DNA of 63,899 nt, the filler included, from Octopus bimaculoides (lineage: Eukaryota), in the NCBI RefSeq assembly GCF_001194135.2. It is 4 parts of 3 records of this genome, joined end to end, with 100 filler letters (N's around TTAATTAATTAA, not from the genome) between each part and the next. Parts side by side here need not be neighbours in the genome. Positions count along the whole stretch, not along the records: positions 23,039 to 45,363 come from NC_068982.1; 3 more parts are not named here. One strand, written 5' to 3'. Numbering within the stretch: the stretch's first letter is position 1; every line of letters starts with the position of its first letter. Positions 24,043 to 36,514 of this stretch are shown here, piece after piece. The notes beneath the pieces were generated by a model. The model searched no databases. It had not been told where the DNA came from and saw nothing but the letters and a program-made list of their open reading frames with translations. The position numbers and the translations under genes were made by a program.

Positions 24043-24054
24043 ATAACTACTACA

Positions 24055-24087
<33 letters not shown>

Positions 24088-24088
24088 G

Positions 24089-24143
<55 letters not shown>

Positions 24144-24149
24144 TGATAA
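24043..24149. repeat. Compound (ACT)n(AAT)n microsatellite
   Basis: Direct reading; ends in a gap. Confidence 0.95.
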
Positions 24150-24437
24150 NNNNNNNNNNNNNNNNNNNNNNNNNNNNNNNNNNNNNNNNNNNNNNNNNNN
24201 NNNNNNNNNNNNNNNNNNNNNNNNNNNNNNNNNNNNNNNNNNNNNNNNNNNNNNNNNNNNNNNNNNNNNNNNNNNNNNNNNNNNNNNNNNNNNNNNNNNN
24301 NNNNNNNNNNNNNNNNNNNNNNNNNNAGGTACAATAAGGCTAACTACAGTACTACTACATCAGAGAAAATCGAATAAACATCCAAGAATGTATGAGTACA
24401 TGCATGCATACATAAAACACATACGCACATAAACACA

Positions 24438-24478
<41 letters not shown>

Positions 24479-25260
24479 GATATAACATATATGCATATAC
24501 CTATATATGCACATATATACACATATATATGTATGCATGCACACCTATGTACCCTCATATATATAGCTATGCATATGTATCTGTTTTTATATGTATTAAC
24601 GTATACATATGTAGATTCTTATGTCATCATGCGTGATCTAACATATGGCAAAGCAATATTCTCCTAATGCTATTAATTCAAATCAGAAAATACTGTAACA
24701 CCTACGATCCCATTCGATTTACTCATGCACGCAATTATCGATGTGTACTTATTCGCATATATAACGCGTGTATGATATTATGTAACAAAAAAAAAATCAA
24801 GCGTAATTTTGCACAGAGATTCTCTTGTTTCTTTGTACGGCGTTAAGATGTAAATATTTTTGCTTAGTGAATTTGAGGGAATGGTTCACATGAAAATTGG
24901 TGTTTAGGGTGCAAATATGTAATATGTTTCCCAGATTGTATAGAATGTGTAATATGCTTCCCAGATTGTATAGAATCCGATTTTGTTGAGGTGCATTTGG
25001 AAGTAATGCAGTCACGCATGATCTACTTTGTAGATCTACAATACTTAGATCATTAAATTTATTTTTCTACGACAATAGGTAATCAGTATTTATTACAAAA
25101 TATATTCCGTGACTCTGCAGCTTAAAGCTAAGAAAAGTAAGTTGCGCCTTATTCTTTTCTTAAAAATTTGACCGACGAATGGTGCTTAAGATTGTAACCA
25201 TGAAAAGAGTTGTTATTCTCGGTTAGGATAGGGACAAAATGTATTTTGTGTGTCCCTCAG

Positions 25261-25336
25261 GAATCCGATTATCATTGTATGCGCTTTCATAAATGGGTTA
25301 TTATTTTATCCACTCTATAAGAAAGCAGAAGATAAG
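25261..25336 (+). CDS. Candidate exon (phase 2 to 0: NPIIIVCAFINGLLFYPLYKKAEDK), hydrophobic segment
   Basis: Acceptor tattttgtgtgtccctcag and donor AAG/GTAACT. One of three frames is open and the phase fits exon 34416. Confidence 0.5.
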
Positions 25337-25374
25337 GTAACTCTTAATTTAAGCTGATATGTATCTCCCTGCCC

Positions 25375-25441
<67 letters not shown>
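25375..25441. repeat. (ATCT)n microsatellite
   Basis: Perfect tetranucleotide run. Confidence 0.95.
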
Positions 25442-26302
25442 ATTTTAATAATTGTTCGTTTCTCAGAAAATATATCGCAAATGATAACGAGCTTAACAGG
25501 ACGTTGCCTATGCACGCTCATATTGAGGAAATGTGATTGAAACTTGTACTGTCTCTTAAATTACATTCACAAACACAAGTAAAAGAAAAACGTAATAATG
25601 ACTACTACATAGAAATAGATAAACCTATACCTGCAGAGTTAAAATAACATTTCTGGGGATGATTATCTGCATCATACAAGAAAATAAAATGATTCAAAAG
25701 CAAACAAAAAAGAAACCGAGAAAATTGTAGTTGGTATTTTACTTCGTGTTATGTGTAGTTTATCTGACCATAGCTAGAACATCTATTTAACCATGTATAT
25801 TAAGGGAAATAATTTTACAGTCTAGAAAGTAATAACATAAACTAATTTACCTCTCATTGGTTTACGATTGTATATTCCTTTTTTGCATTTACTGTACAAT
25901 GAAAAAACCGATTTGCTTAATCTTTCGATATGTATTCGAACCATTATTTGTCTGACACTCTCTTTATGAAAAGCTATTATCAAATTCCTTAAACAAGATA
26001 TAAATAATTTTAGACCGTAAATTACTTCCTTCGCTAATAAATAAAATTTGTAGTTACTTTATTATTATTTAAACCTAAACGCATCTTCTGCTGACGTTTG
26101 ATGAAATGGACGAAAGAATTAGAAACTTTTAAGGAAAGAGATTGGCTTATTAGGATTAGCTACAATGTTTTCACATATGATTACTCGCGCTCTTAACCAC
26201 TATGATCACGGGCATATAGCGTAGTGGTTAAGAATGCAGGCTACTAACCCCAATATTCCGAGTTCGATTCCAAGCAGTGACCTCAACAACAACAACAACC
26301 AA

Positions 26303-26409
<107 letters not shown>

Positions 26410-26655
26410 AACAGAAACAGGAACAAAGAGTGAGAGAAAGTTGTGGTGGAAGAGTACAGAAGGGTTCTCCACCATCAAAACACCAGGACTTACAAATATA
26501 TATAACATACAGAAAATTGCACTACTGAGCACTGCACACATCCTGCACACATCCAGTAACCATAAGAGCATCACAGCAAACCACAGCACATACACAAGCC
26601 ACACAGAGCTGCGCTCGGTAGTGAAGTGAAAGCACGTTATAAAAATAAAACTACT
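26410..26655 (+). mobile_element. 3' fragment of an R4/Dong-type RLE LINE inserted in (AAT)n
   Basis: IQKIALLSTAHIL is the conserved C-terminal motif of RLE-type LINEs. (AAT)n precedes it and aataatgataataac follows it. Confidence 0.7.
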
Positions 26656-26723
26656 GAACAATAATGATAATAACATCGAAAAATATCTTAGGAATGAGAA
26701 CCCAGGTTCGAAATTTCCCCAAG

Positions 26724-26765
26724 ACACCTGAATAAGGCTGGAGGGTATATCGGTCGAAACGTGTT
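26724..26765 (+). ncRNA. Degenerate minimal type-I hammerhead motif
   Basis: ACAC CTGAATA A GGCTGG-agggtata-TCGGTC GAAA CGT GTT. Helix II has 6 bp including G-U pairs and helix III is the palindrome ACGT. The core is decayed from CUGANGA and the cleavage site has lost about 2 nt. Confidence 0.55.
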
Positions 26766-26869
26766 AACAACAAAAAAGATGAGGACAAATATCTGTCGAA
26801 TGTAAATAATGCACATAACTCCTCATCTCTTAAATATAGAACTGCAATGTTAGTTTTTCCCGTGATGGA

Positions 26870-27461
26870 GCCAGCGTAATCAGCCAGATACCCCATCGAT
26901 CAGGTGTTAGAAGACAAGCAAGAACCTTCGTCATGCCAAGTTCATTTTGAAGAATATTCTCAACTCTTCCACAAGGTATGCTAATGGCATAGGTTATTTA
27001 ATTTATTGTCGATTTGTAGTCAATCGCCTGTCATTCCTCAATATGTCGGGAACACGATCAATGTTTCCCAAGGTGGATGCAGTTGCAGGACGTTGAGAAC
27101 TTGGGTGACCTTCAAGGCTCTTTCTTCTCGTCCTAAATTTAGTTGCCCACTTTTGTACAGTTGATAAGCTGCAGCGTCATTCTGTACTGTAGTAACCATG
27201 TCAAAAGGAATTTTCGTGGGGGCCAAACCCTTCCTATGCAGGTACTTGATAACACTACGATGCCAAATTTTGTCTTCTTTGAAGAGATGCTGGTACAAGT
27301 TATATTTGAAGTCTTCTTAGAACAGTGAGTTGTCAGTTTACCTGGAAAGAAACAATACAGTCATTAATTAAAAGAATTGAAATTAAGGTTGCAAGATTTC
27401 ACAGCTGTAGCATCACTCCTTCATATCCAACCTATGACCTTTCCATCGTACCCGCCTCGTA
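26870..27461 (-). mobile_element. Truncated mariner transposon (one TIR plus N-terminal transposase)
   Basis: TIR-like TACGAGGCGGGTACGATGGAAAGGTCATAGG at the right end; RSVIKYLHRKGLAPTKI (HTH region); GMTKV...LLTPD (WVPRLL region). Confidence 0.75.
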
Positions 27462-27941
27462 TATCCCAGGCTATATACATAGTGAACCACGTTAACTAAA
27501 TTTAAATGCAACTGCGCTGTAACATATAGATAAGTTTGAGTAACTTGACATTTCTCTATTCGAAAATAGCTGACTTGATGTGGAAATATTATCGTATTAG
27601 CTTCACAAGTGTACATTTGAAAAGTGTGACATACGGTGTCGGGCAACTTTGGTATTCTCATAGGTATCAAAACATAATTTTAAAATGTTTGCATCCAACC
27701 AATACATATCTACATTGCTGAAAATTGGCCAATGTGCTGATCTCTCGCTAAAAATCTAAAATATTTTATATGGCTTAATTAAAGAATTGTCTACATCATG
27801 CAGTAGTAGCAGAGCACTTTGAAATTAGAGATTTTCATATAAACACCTAGAAATATTGATAAAATCAATAGCCTAAGCTAATATATAGACACATTCATTG
27901 ACTCATACATACATGTATACATGCATACATACATATATACA

Positions 27942-27974
<33 letters not shown>

Positions 27975-29083
27975 GCATACATACATGTATGTATACATAC
28001 ATGCGTGTGCTCATATATGTATGCATGCGTTCCTGTATGTGATTGTGCATGTGTTTGTGAATGTGTGAGCGTTTGTGAACCATATTGTACCTAAGTAAGA
28101 TTTAATTAGTACGTTCTGCTATATATTTTCAAGAATGAATAATAATTTCAAAATATAATGCAGAAACACACAAGGTGTATATTTATCGAATATAAATAAA
28201 GAGTAGATTATTAAATCAACTGCAAGTTAAAATGGGTTCATTAAAAACTATAAAACGGGTTAATATAAACGAAGCAACTTCGAACAGATTTAAAGCATGT
28301 GAATAAAAAATATCAGAGGATATAATGTTGCATAAACTTCACGTTCAAAACACACATCGCAAAGCCTACTAAAATTAGGGAAACAACGTAAATAGCTTTA
28401 TTATTTTGAATACAAGATAAAATAGCCCAAACATTTTGTTTTTAAGCAGCAGCATGAAATTTTATTCAAATCAGTATTAAAAATCACACATTTAATCAAT
28501 TACAAACAGTTGTTCGGGCAGTAATTGATCGTATGGAAAATTTAAAATCTAAGCTATCTATATAAAGACGTATTGCTTGGGGAATGTGCATTAAGTGATA
28601 AGAAAACTGAAGAATTTATGTCACAATTAAGCAAAATAATTGATGCTACCTATTCTTCAAAATGATTGTTTAATTTTGATAACACCGTACATTTCTAGCA
28701 GAATGTATAAAAGCTAAAACTAAAAGGTAGAAAACAAATAAAAGAGAAAGAAAAGAAAATTAATATCAAGAATAGGAAAAGATAATTAGCACATTCAAAG
28801 TATCTAAAGTTTGAATAACATTATGGTTATTTTGTTGAAATACATTAGGTGACAGTTTCACGAAGTAATTATTCCATTGTACTCGTGAGCACAATGGAAG
28901 TTTTAATCTGGGCACTACGAGCGGATTTTTTCAAATGCTCTCCCAGTTCACTCTCAGGTAATTTTAAAAAGCCCCAAATGATTGCTGCAAAATCTGAAAT
29001 TCATTTTAGCAAAATTTGTTCCTTAAGTTAATGGTACAAAAAATGTTTTGACTTTAAAATGTTATTTGTAATTTATAACGCTC

Positions 29084-29295
29084 AGGTGGCGAGCTTGTAG
29101 AAATCTTTAGATCGCTGACCAAAACACCTAGCAATATTTTATCTGATTCATTAAGTCCTGGGTTAAAATTCTGCCGAGGTCAATTTGCCTTGGATCTTTT
29201 GGGGGTCGATAAAAGGTGCGACGTGAACCCTGGGTTTAGTGTAATCGACTATACCCTTCCCTTAATTTGATAACTTTGTCTCAAATTTTGAAACA
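29084..29295 (+). mobile_element. SINE family B, diverged
   Basis: ggtggcgagcttgtagaaat...gaggtcaatttgcc...ggggtcgataaaa...gtaatcgact aligns to 31888-32106. Confidence 0.75.
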
Positions 29296-30119
29296 TATAA
29301 TTGATAACGCTTTATCATATCTTAGTGATATAGACCCCGTTCACGTTACACCGCTGACGTAAAAAGTGAAGAGGTTAATTTGAATTGGAAGATAAATTTT
29401 AAAGATTCATTAAATACTATGAATATGAAAGTAAACAGGCTTAGTGTTTCACAGACAGAAAAAAGTTTCATGATTATTCATAGTTTGAAACAATGCAGTG
29501 AATTAAGAAAACTCACTTCAAAATCATGTAGGAAGGGCATGAGACCTCGATGAGTATACAGGTATAATAAATATTACTTGTTTAATAGATGATAAAGCGA
29601 TGGATGTTTCAGTTTTCGAAGATGCTGAGGAATTTTCTTATAGGAAGAAATATGGTGTGCATAACATGTTTTCAGGGCGCTCGTGACAGGTATGAATTTG
29701 TGGAAAAAAAGATATCTTCAAATATACTTGGCAAAAACCCTGTAATAGAATAGATTTCACCTAAACTTATTATGTCTAATTGATGTATTAAACGGATTAA
29801 GACCGATACACAAGTATGTTCCAATGCTGTAACTCCACCGTCCCTAAAGCTAGACTAGCAATACATATAACGATTTTGGACTGACGGAAGATAATGTTCA
29901 TTTCTACTGGATATGAATCTAGAAAACAAGGGGCCAAAATAAACATCGTAAAGCATTTTGTTAAGCACTCAGACTATTTTGTCATTAGTGATATAAGATT
30001 CATTCATACACATATGTAATTTATATCTGGAACTGGTGTTCTGCTTGTGATACATTGGAAATTGAATGGACGTAAGGACAGCCAGCCAGTTTTTTATGTT
30101 AATATTATAGATACATAAT

Positions 30120-30275
30120 GCAGAAAGCCGGCAGAATCGTTTGCAAATTCCGTCGAGGTCGACTTTGTGTTTCATCCTTTCAGGGTTGATAAAATAAGTA
30201 CCAGTTGAGCAGTTCGATCGATGTAATCGTCTTTTCTCTTCCCCCGAAATTGCTGAGCTTGTGCCATAATTTTAA
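30120..30275 (+). mobile_element. SINE family B, partial
   Basis: gaggtcgactttgtgtttcatcctttcagggttgataaaataagtaccag core. Confidence 0.75.
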
Positions 30276-30613
30276 TTCAGTATTATACAAATACAAATAC
30301 ACACCAGAAAACACATTGTACGACAAGTTGTTTTCAAATTATAAATCAAAAAATTTAACCCAGAAGTATTAATAGGTACAGGTCATTAGTGGAAGACATC
30401 TGCTGTCCAATACAAGTGAGACCCAATACAAAATCTTGTCAGGGTCAAGCACAATTACTTAAAACTGACTCATCTCAAAATAGACGGAAACGCCATCTGT
30501 GATGCAGCCAAGAGTAACATAGACATCTCCCAAGTTAGACTCACATACGCACGCATAACAAATACATATTGATTAATCTTACATACATCCATGAAAACAT
30601 ACATACATACATG

Positions 30614-31082
30614 CATTCAGTATGGTAGAAGTCATAGCTACTCATAATAAAAAGAAGTACTTATGGAATATCCCAGTGAAAAACTGTGTACAGTTGTAGA
30701 AATTAGCTGCCCAGCGGATGTTAACATAAAGCTGAAAATCAGTGAAAAAGAGAATACCTGCGATGAGCTATTGAGAAATCTGCAGTTACTCTATCCCGAT
30801 TACAAGTTCAGGTCTATAGCTGTAATTATGGGGGCCTAAATACCACAGTACCTAAATACCATACTTGAGAAATTAGGCTTCTCAAAACCAGAAAGTAGAA
30901 AGCTAATTCGAATACAACAGATCCAATGCATCACTGGAACTGTAAAAATCTGTAAAACGTTCCAGAAGTTTATCATTTAAATATATATGAACATGACTAG
31001 ATATACAACTATATGCCTGAGAATACATACATAAGGCAAAACATATAAATCTGCACATATACATACATACATACATACATAT

Positions 31083-31113
<31 letters not shown>

Positions 31114-31262
31114 CATACATACATACATACATACATACATACATACAAACAAACATACCCAGTTTTTTATGTTGAAATTCCAATTAAGGAGCCTTGAATC
31201 TAGGTTAGAAACCGGCTCTTTCTCTATTGGCGAGAAATCTTGAAATGAAACTGAACAATGAC
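30614..31262 (+). mobile_element. 5'-truncated R4/Dong-type LINE (RLE C-terminus plus 3' UTR)
   Basis: LCTVVEISCP...ENTCDELLRNLQLLYPDYKFRSIAVIMGA matches the reverse complement of 46842-47480. CATA repeats flank it and expand inside the 3' UTR. Confidence 0.85.
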
Positions 31263-31887
31263 ATACATATATTCATTCATATGCACATACATATATACAT
31301 ATATAAAGTTTACAATGAAATGTTTGATAGTGAATTTTCCATGATTCAACTTCCCCACTTTCATCAATATGTTCTTAGCTTCTTTCTGATTTCAAATAAT
31401 CAACAGATTTTGGAGAGGAATCTGAGACTATGTGAATGATAATCAAATGTGGGATAGATATAGACCGGGTAAGAACTTGTTTGTAAGTGGGGATAGAGAA
31501 AGATAGCATGAAATATGTGTTTGTGATTTTAGGGTTGACATAAAATTTTTCTTAGGAGACCTATTTGGGTTACATGTGGGAATTTTGTGTTTACTAGTAC
31601 AAGCAAAAGTGTAGACAGATGTGTCAAATTGAGGTCACGGTATTCTTGGTATAGAAAATTGGCGTTTGGTTTGTTTTAGGGTTAACAAAGGATTGTTTTT
31701 AAATAAATCAGTTTGTCTTTAAGCATAGGACAGACGGAAGATGAATTTGTGAGTGTAGCATTAGATGTCTTTCTAGAAATACATATTAGAGTGTCTTATA
31801 AATGTTAAGGGTGAGGAAACTGTAATGTTTAGTATTTTACTTCGATTCTAGCGTGGATGTATGGCTGTATGTTATATTATTGTACAT

Positions 31888-32106
31888 AGGCGGCGAGCTG
31901 GCAGAAACGTTAGCACGCCGGGCGAAATGCTTAGCGGTATTTCATCTGCCGCTATGTTCTGTGTTCAAATTCCGCCTAGGTCGACTTTGCCTTTCATCCT
32001 TTCGGGGTCGATTAAATAAGTACCAGTTACGCACTGGGGTCGATGTAATCGACTTAATCCGTTTGTCCCCTCTGTGTGTAGCCCCTTGCGGGTAGTAAAG
32101 AAATAA
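31888..32106 (+). mobile_element. Full-length SINE family B
   Basis: tRNA-like head ggcggcgagctggcagaaacgttag...gttcaaattcc; core gcctttcatcctttcggggtcgattaaataagtaccag. Confidence 0.88.
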
Positions 32107-32386
32107 CATAGGCGCTTGTACGTAGTTCTATGGTGTTACTTATATATGTAGCTAAATGCATAAGGATGATGTATAGTTCCATATGTATATCTATCAATAA
32201 TGAGGTATATATGGATAGATAGGATATAGATATAACTGTCCACGTATGTATGTACGTATGTACGTATGTATGTATCTATCTATCTATACATACATATAAG
32301 GAACTATGTGTATGAATACATAAACAAACTTGATCACTCAGAACTGCACAATCACAAATGTAGGCATGTACGCATACTTATAATGT

Positions 32387-32426
<40 letters not shown>

Positions 32427-32448
32427 CATATATACTTATATACGAAGG

Positions 32449-33717
32449 TACGAAGGGGTACCGAAAGAAACCGGAATTTTGCAATATCATTTTATTCACT
32501 TAATTTTACATGTTTATACTTCTATCGCCCTCACAGTATTCTCCGTTTGTAGCTATGCATCAGTTTTTTCGCTTTTTCCACTGTTTCAAGCTCTTGCGAA
32601 ACGATGCCTTTTAATGCCTCCGTCGTTTTTTTCTTCACCTCTTCCACATCTGCATAACGTTTTACTTTAAGAACCTTTTTCATTCGGGGAAGCAAAAGAT
32701 GTTGTAGGGAGCAAGAATAAAGATGGTGGGTAAGCGAGTTCATGCCATTTTTGGTGAAAACATTGTCTCACACTTAAGATGCAGTGCGCAGGCGCATTAT
32801 CGTGATGAAACCATCACTCTCCACTTTCCGATGGGTTGGAGCATTTTCTCCTCACTGCGATGCTCAAAATGCGTCAGAACTGTCAAGTAAAATGTCTGTC
32901 TTACAGAACAAACTCTGTGTGGACAATTCCCTTCGCCTCAATGAAACAAATCAGCATCGTCTTCACATTGGACTTCACATGATGGGCTTTTTGTTGGCGT
33001 GGTGACACTTCTATTAACTTGATTGCTACCTCGTTTTCGGGCCGTAGTCCTAGCACCAGCTTCCGTCACCTTTGAATAAAGGATCAGCTTCCAACTGTTC
33101 TTTCAGTTCACGACACGCATTCAGCGCTTACTGCTTTTGATCTTCCTTGAGCAAGTGAGAAACAACTTTTGCTGCATTACTTTTCATTCGCAGCTCCTCA
33201 CTCGAATTCTTTGACAGGAGCTCCAGGACACACCAGTTATATCAACAAGTCCATTACTTGTTCGGTGATGGTTCTTGAAGATCAGTTCATGAATTTTCGT
33301 GATGTTTCCATTCATTCGTTTGGGCGGTAGTCGTCCTGAGCGAAATTGGTCTTCAAGCGACAAGTAAACAGTCCTAAAGCATGAAAACTATTCGTAAACT
33401 TGTGCTTTTGCTCGTGGCACCGTACTTGTAAGCTGTTTGAAGTATGAGGACTATTTTGGTTGCCGTTTTCTCCAGCAGAAACAGAATTTTACGGAAGCAC
33501 GCTGTTCCTTCAGCCAGCCGTCGCAAAAATTGACGAAAAGGGGAGAAGCACTGCAAAACAAGGAGGCACCGTGTGACTGTACGAATGTAACTGACGACAC
33601 CGGTCGGCAGACTGTCTTCTAAGTGCCGCATCAAGTGGCTTCTTGCGGCGGAAGCCTTAACTACAATGGGTTTGTCACACAGAGAACGTTTCTGATATTT
33701 GTTGGTACCTTCTCATA
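32449..33717 (-). mobile_element. Full-length decayed mariner transposon
   Basis: About 1.27 kb between degenerate TIRs (tacgaaggggtacc... / ...ggtaccttctcata), TA at both ends. Transposase remnants include LLPRMKKVLKVKRYADVEEVKKKTTEAL (YSPDLAP region) and GDGSWC (first catalytic D region). Confidence 0.85.
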
Positions 33718-34415
33718 TGTGTGTGTGTGAATGTGTGTGTATGTATGTGTGTGTGTAAGGGTGTGTATTATGTGTGTTGTAGAAATACTGATCATCACTG
33801 CGTTATTTCTAATTACTTTAGTTTTCTTTCTCACGCCCTTTATTTTCTATTTCCCTTTTTGAGATTTATATTTTTCTCATTTTATCTGTGCCCTTTGACA
33901 TATTTTAATAAATTATCTCTCACTTCTGCAATTTTGATTTTTGATTTATTTCCCACCAAACTCATTAATGAAGCAATTTTTTCTTGTTTTCTAATTTCGT
34001 TACATACATTTCACTGGCAAATTATATACTAAAGATATACATTATTGCTTCAATCTCAAATATCCTTTTGGCAAATTTTGTTTTTATAATTGAAATTTTA
34101 GTTTGCATTTATTTTCAAAAATTTGCATCACTTCGATACAAATATAAATTGTCATTTTTTTTTAATTTACAAAAATGGAAAACATAATCATATATGCTGC
34201 ACGTTTGAATTTTAAAACATTTTAGTGTATCGATTTTGCTTGATAGAATCAACTGTTGAGGTTTCCCATCTGCGCAGCAATTAGTTTCTCCTCTTTTTGA
34301 ACCACTTCTAGGCAACCTTATTAATTACTTCATTCATAGTTTGGCCCTAATTTGGAAACATGTGCAGTCTTATAATCAAAGACATTTCTACTCAAATTTT
34401 CCCTTCTTTATTTAG

Positions 34416-34492
34416 GTAGATCGCTATCAGTACCTTAGAACGTCCTTGTCAGATATGCAATTCTCCCATATGACAAAGGAGGATGACTTCAG
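34416..34492 (+). CDS. Exon of an unidentified gene (phase 0 to 2: VDRYQYLRTSLSDMQFSHMTKEDDF)
   Basis: Acceptor ttttcccttctttatttag and donor CAG/GTAGGT; open frame; 122-nt intron to the next exon in matching phase. Confidence 0.62.
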
Positions 34493-34614
34493 GTAGGTTG
34501 AAGTGATATATCTAGAAAATTTGGCGATTACGAGGTGTTTCCTTATTTCACTGCATATAGATATCATTATTTTTAGAATGTGCAAGCTTAATATTCCTAG
34601 TTTTTGTTTCGTAG

Positions 34615-34699
34615 TAAGATGTCGTTGTTGATTACTACTTGGATGGCTTTGCATAAACGATGTGAACTAAATTATAATAATTCAAACTTTGATCAACAA
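34615..34699 (+). CDS. Exon (phase 2 to 0: KMSLLITTWMALHKRCELNYNNSNFDQQ)
   Basis: Acceptor tttttgtttcgtag and donor GTAAGT; splices in frame to 34416-34492 (AG+T = Ser). Confidence 0.62.
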
Positions 34700-34785
34700 G
34701 TAAGTATTTTTCATGCTCCAAGTACTTCTGGTATTAACATCTGTTATTTGAATGAGATCTATCCGTTTTCCTTGTAAACTTTCAG

Positions 34786-34801
34786 ACTGTGCCAGCATCC
34801 T
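34786..34801 (+). CDS. Candidate 16-nt microexon (phase 0 to 1: TVPAS)
   Basis: Acceptor ccgttttccttgtaaactttcag and donor GTAAGT; 86-nt upstream intron; phases fit both neighbours. Confidence 0.45.
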
Positions 34802-35309
34802 GTAAGTGGCTTGTATCACAATAAGTATGTATATGTATCATCACTCTGTGTCGTAAGGTTTTACCTAAAATTTAACCATAATCTACAAGGCACGCCACAA
34901 TAACTATGCCTTAACGGAGCGTAGACGAATTAACAGTGTTATTGCTTGGTTTGGTTTTGTTTTACATATTTATATCATTGATGGACTGTCTGAGAAATAG
35001 ACGACTTCATGGTGAAGCTAGTAAATAGAAATTGATATGCAGAAATAAATTTACTAATGCCTAACCAGATTAAGTAATGCTAGAAACACTTCCGTTTACG
35101 CAAATAACATTACATTTTGCATAGCCTACTCTCTCATTTTACTTTAAAAAAGAAAATAGCATTATGAAGCACGATGATAGAAATTGCACAGTATGAGTGG
35201 ACAAAACTAAAGCAACGACTAAACAATATAAATAATAAAGATATGAAAATAAAACACAGGAAAATCTCCACTAAATACAATATGAACAGTGAGAACTTAG
35301 CCTATCTGT

Positions 35310-35417
35310 TGTTTTGTTGTTGAAGATGGATATTGTTTTGTTGAAGATGGATGCTGATTTGTTGCTAAAGATGGATGCTGTTTTGTTGTTGAAGATACAT
35401 GCTGTTTTGTTGTCGAA
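35310..35417. repeat. 24-bp minisatellite (units 24, 21, 24, 24, partial)
   Basis: Unit tgttttgttgttgaagatggatgc. Confidence 0.85.
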
Positions 35418-36478
35418 CGTATTCATGTTGCTTTTGTTGTAGTTATTACTGATACTGTAGTTCTTGTGGTCGTGATTATACCTGGTGTTTTGATTGTGGT
35501 AGCAGTCGTAGGAGTGATTAGTTATTTTTGGGCGATACACTCGCGCATAAATTTTAAACATTGATAATTATCTGAGTAATTTTTCAGAGAGAGTTAGAGA
35601 TGGAGGGACAATATCTGATTCGTGTTGTATACAAATATAATATATGACTTGGGAGTTTTACCTATCTGGGTAACACGAATCAAAGAACGATTAACCAATC
35701 AATTCTTTCAGAAGTCTTTACAAATACGATGAAAAGTGTGTCCTTTGAGGAAGATAATGGAGAACGTAACTTCATGCACTGCTCCATTGTACTCAAATGA
35801 AATTAGCACTAACCGAGTAGTGATTCAGGCAACTTTCCCGCCATCAGTAAAGGCTAATATTTTATTAAGTCAACAATAGTAGGTCTGAAAATCCATATAT
35901 GGTTGTTACTTAAAACAATTACAAAAATTGATGAGTTCGCTAATAGCATCGGAAGGAGACTTACAAACCAACAAACAATTGATTTTCAACGAACGGTATA
36001 AACACACTATCGATAAGTTGGTTAGAAATTAAAGTGACTGACTAACAATAAAGAAGTAATATTGAACCGGTCTGTGTGTTTATTATTGGCGTATTGATGC
36101 TCCCAACATGAAAACAAAATTTGTTTCGACACACGGATCCACATCAAATAATTTGCAAACCAATTACAAAAACAAGTATATGTATATTTATATATATGTG
36201 TGTCTGTGTGTGTGTGTGCGTGTGTGTGTGTGTGTGTGTATGTATATATGTGTATATATATATATGTGTGTATATATNNNNNNNNNNNNNNNNNNNNNNN
36301 NNNNNNNNNNNNNNNNNNNNNNNNNNNNNNNNNNNNNNNNNNNNNNNNNNNNNNNNNNNNNNNNNNNNNNNNNNNNNNNCATACACTTAAGAAAGACTTT
36401 TCAGCGAAATATACAGCTTCCCAGATTTACCGGAATAGCTGTTTCTATAATGTATTCGCCTTTCTTGTTTTTTTTTAG

Positions 36479-36514
36479 ATAATACCTTTTTACAACTTCA
36501 GTTGAATCCATGTC
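36479..36514 (+). CDS. Candidate 36-nt exon (phase 1 to 1: NTFLQLQLNPC)
   Basis: Strong acceptor tttcttgtttttttttag and donor GTAAGT. The only open frame is the one required by the upstream microexon. Confidence 0.5.

Noticed and set aside
26207-26283. Functional tRNA gene
   Set aside because: A and B boxes are present but there is no complete acceptor stem, and it runs into (AAC)/(AAT)n, so it is treated as a SINE head.
27561-27652. Possible + exon DLMWKYYRISFTSVHLKSVTYGVGQLWYSH
   Set aside because: Weak acceptor, and its phase (1 to 2) does not fit the flanking exon chain; it cannot be excluded as an alternative exon.
29589-29689. Possible + exon with donor GTATGA
   Set aside because: Several competing acceptors, none phase-compatible with the chain.
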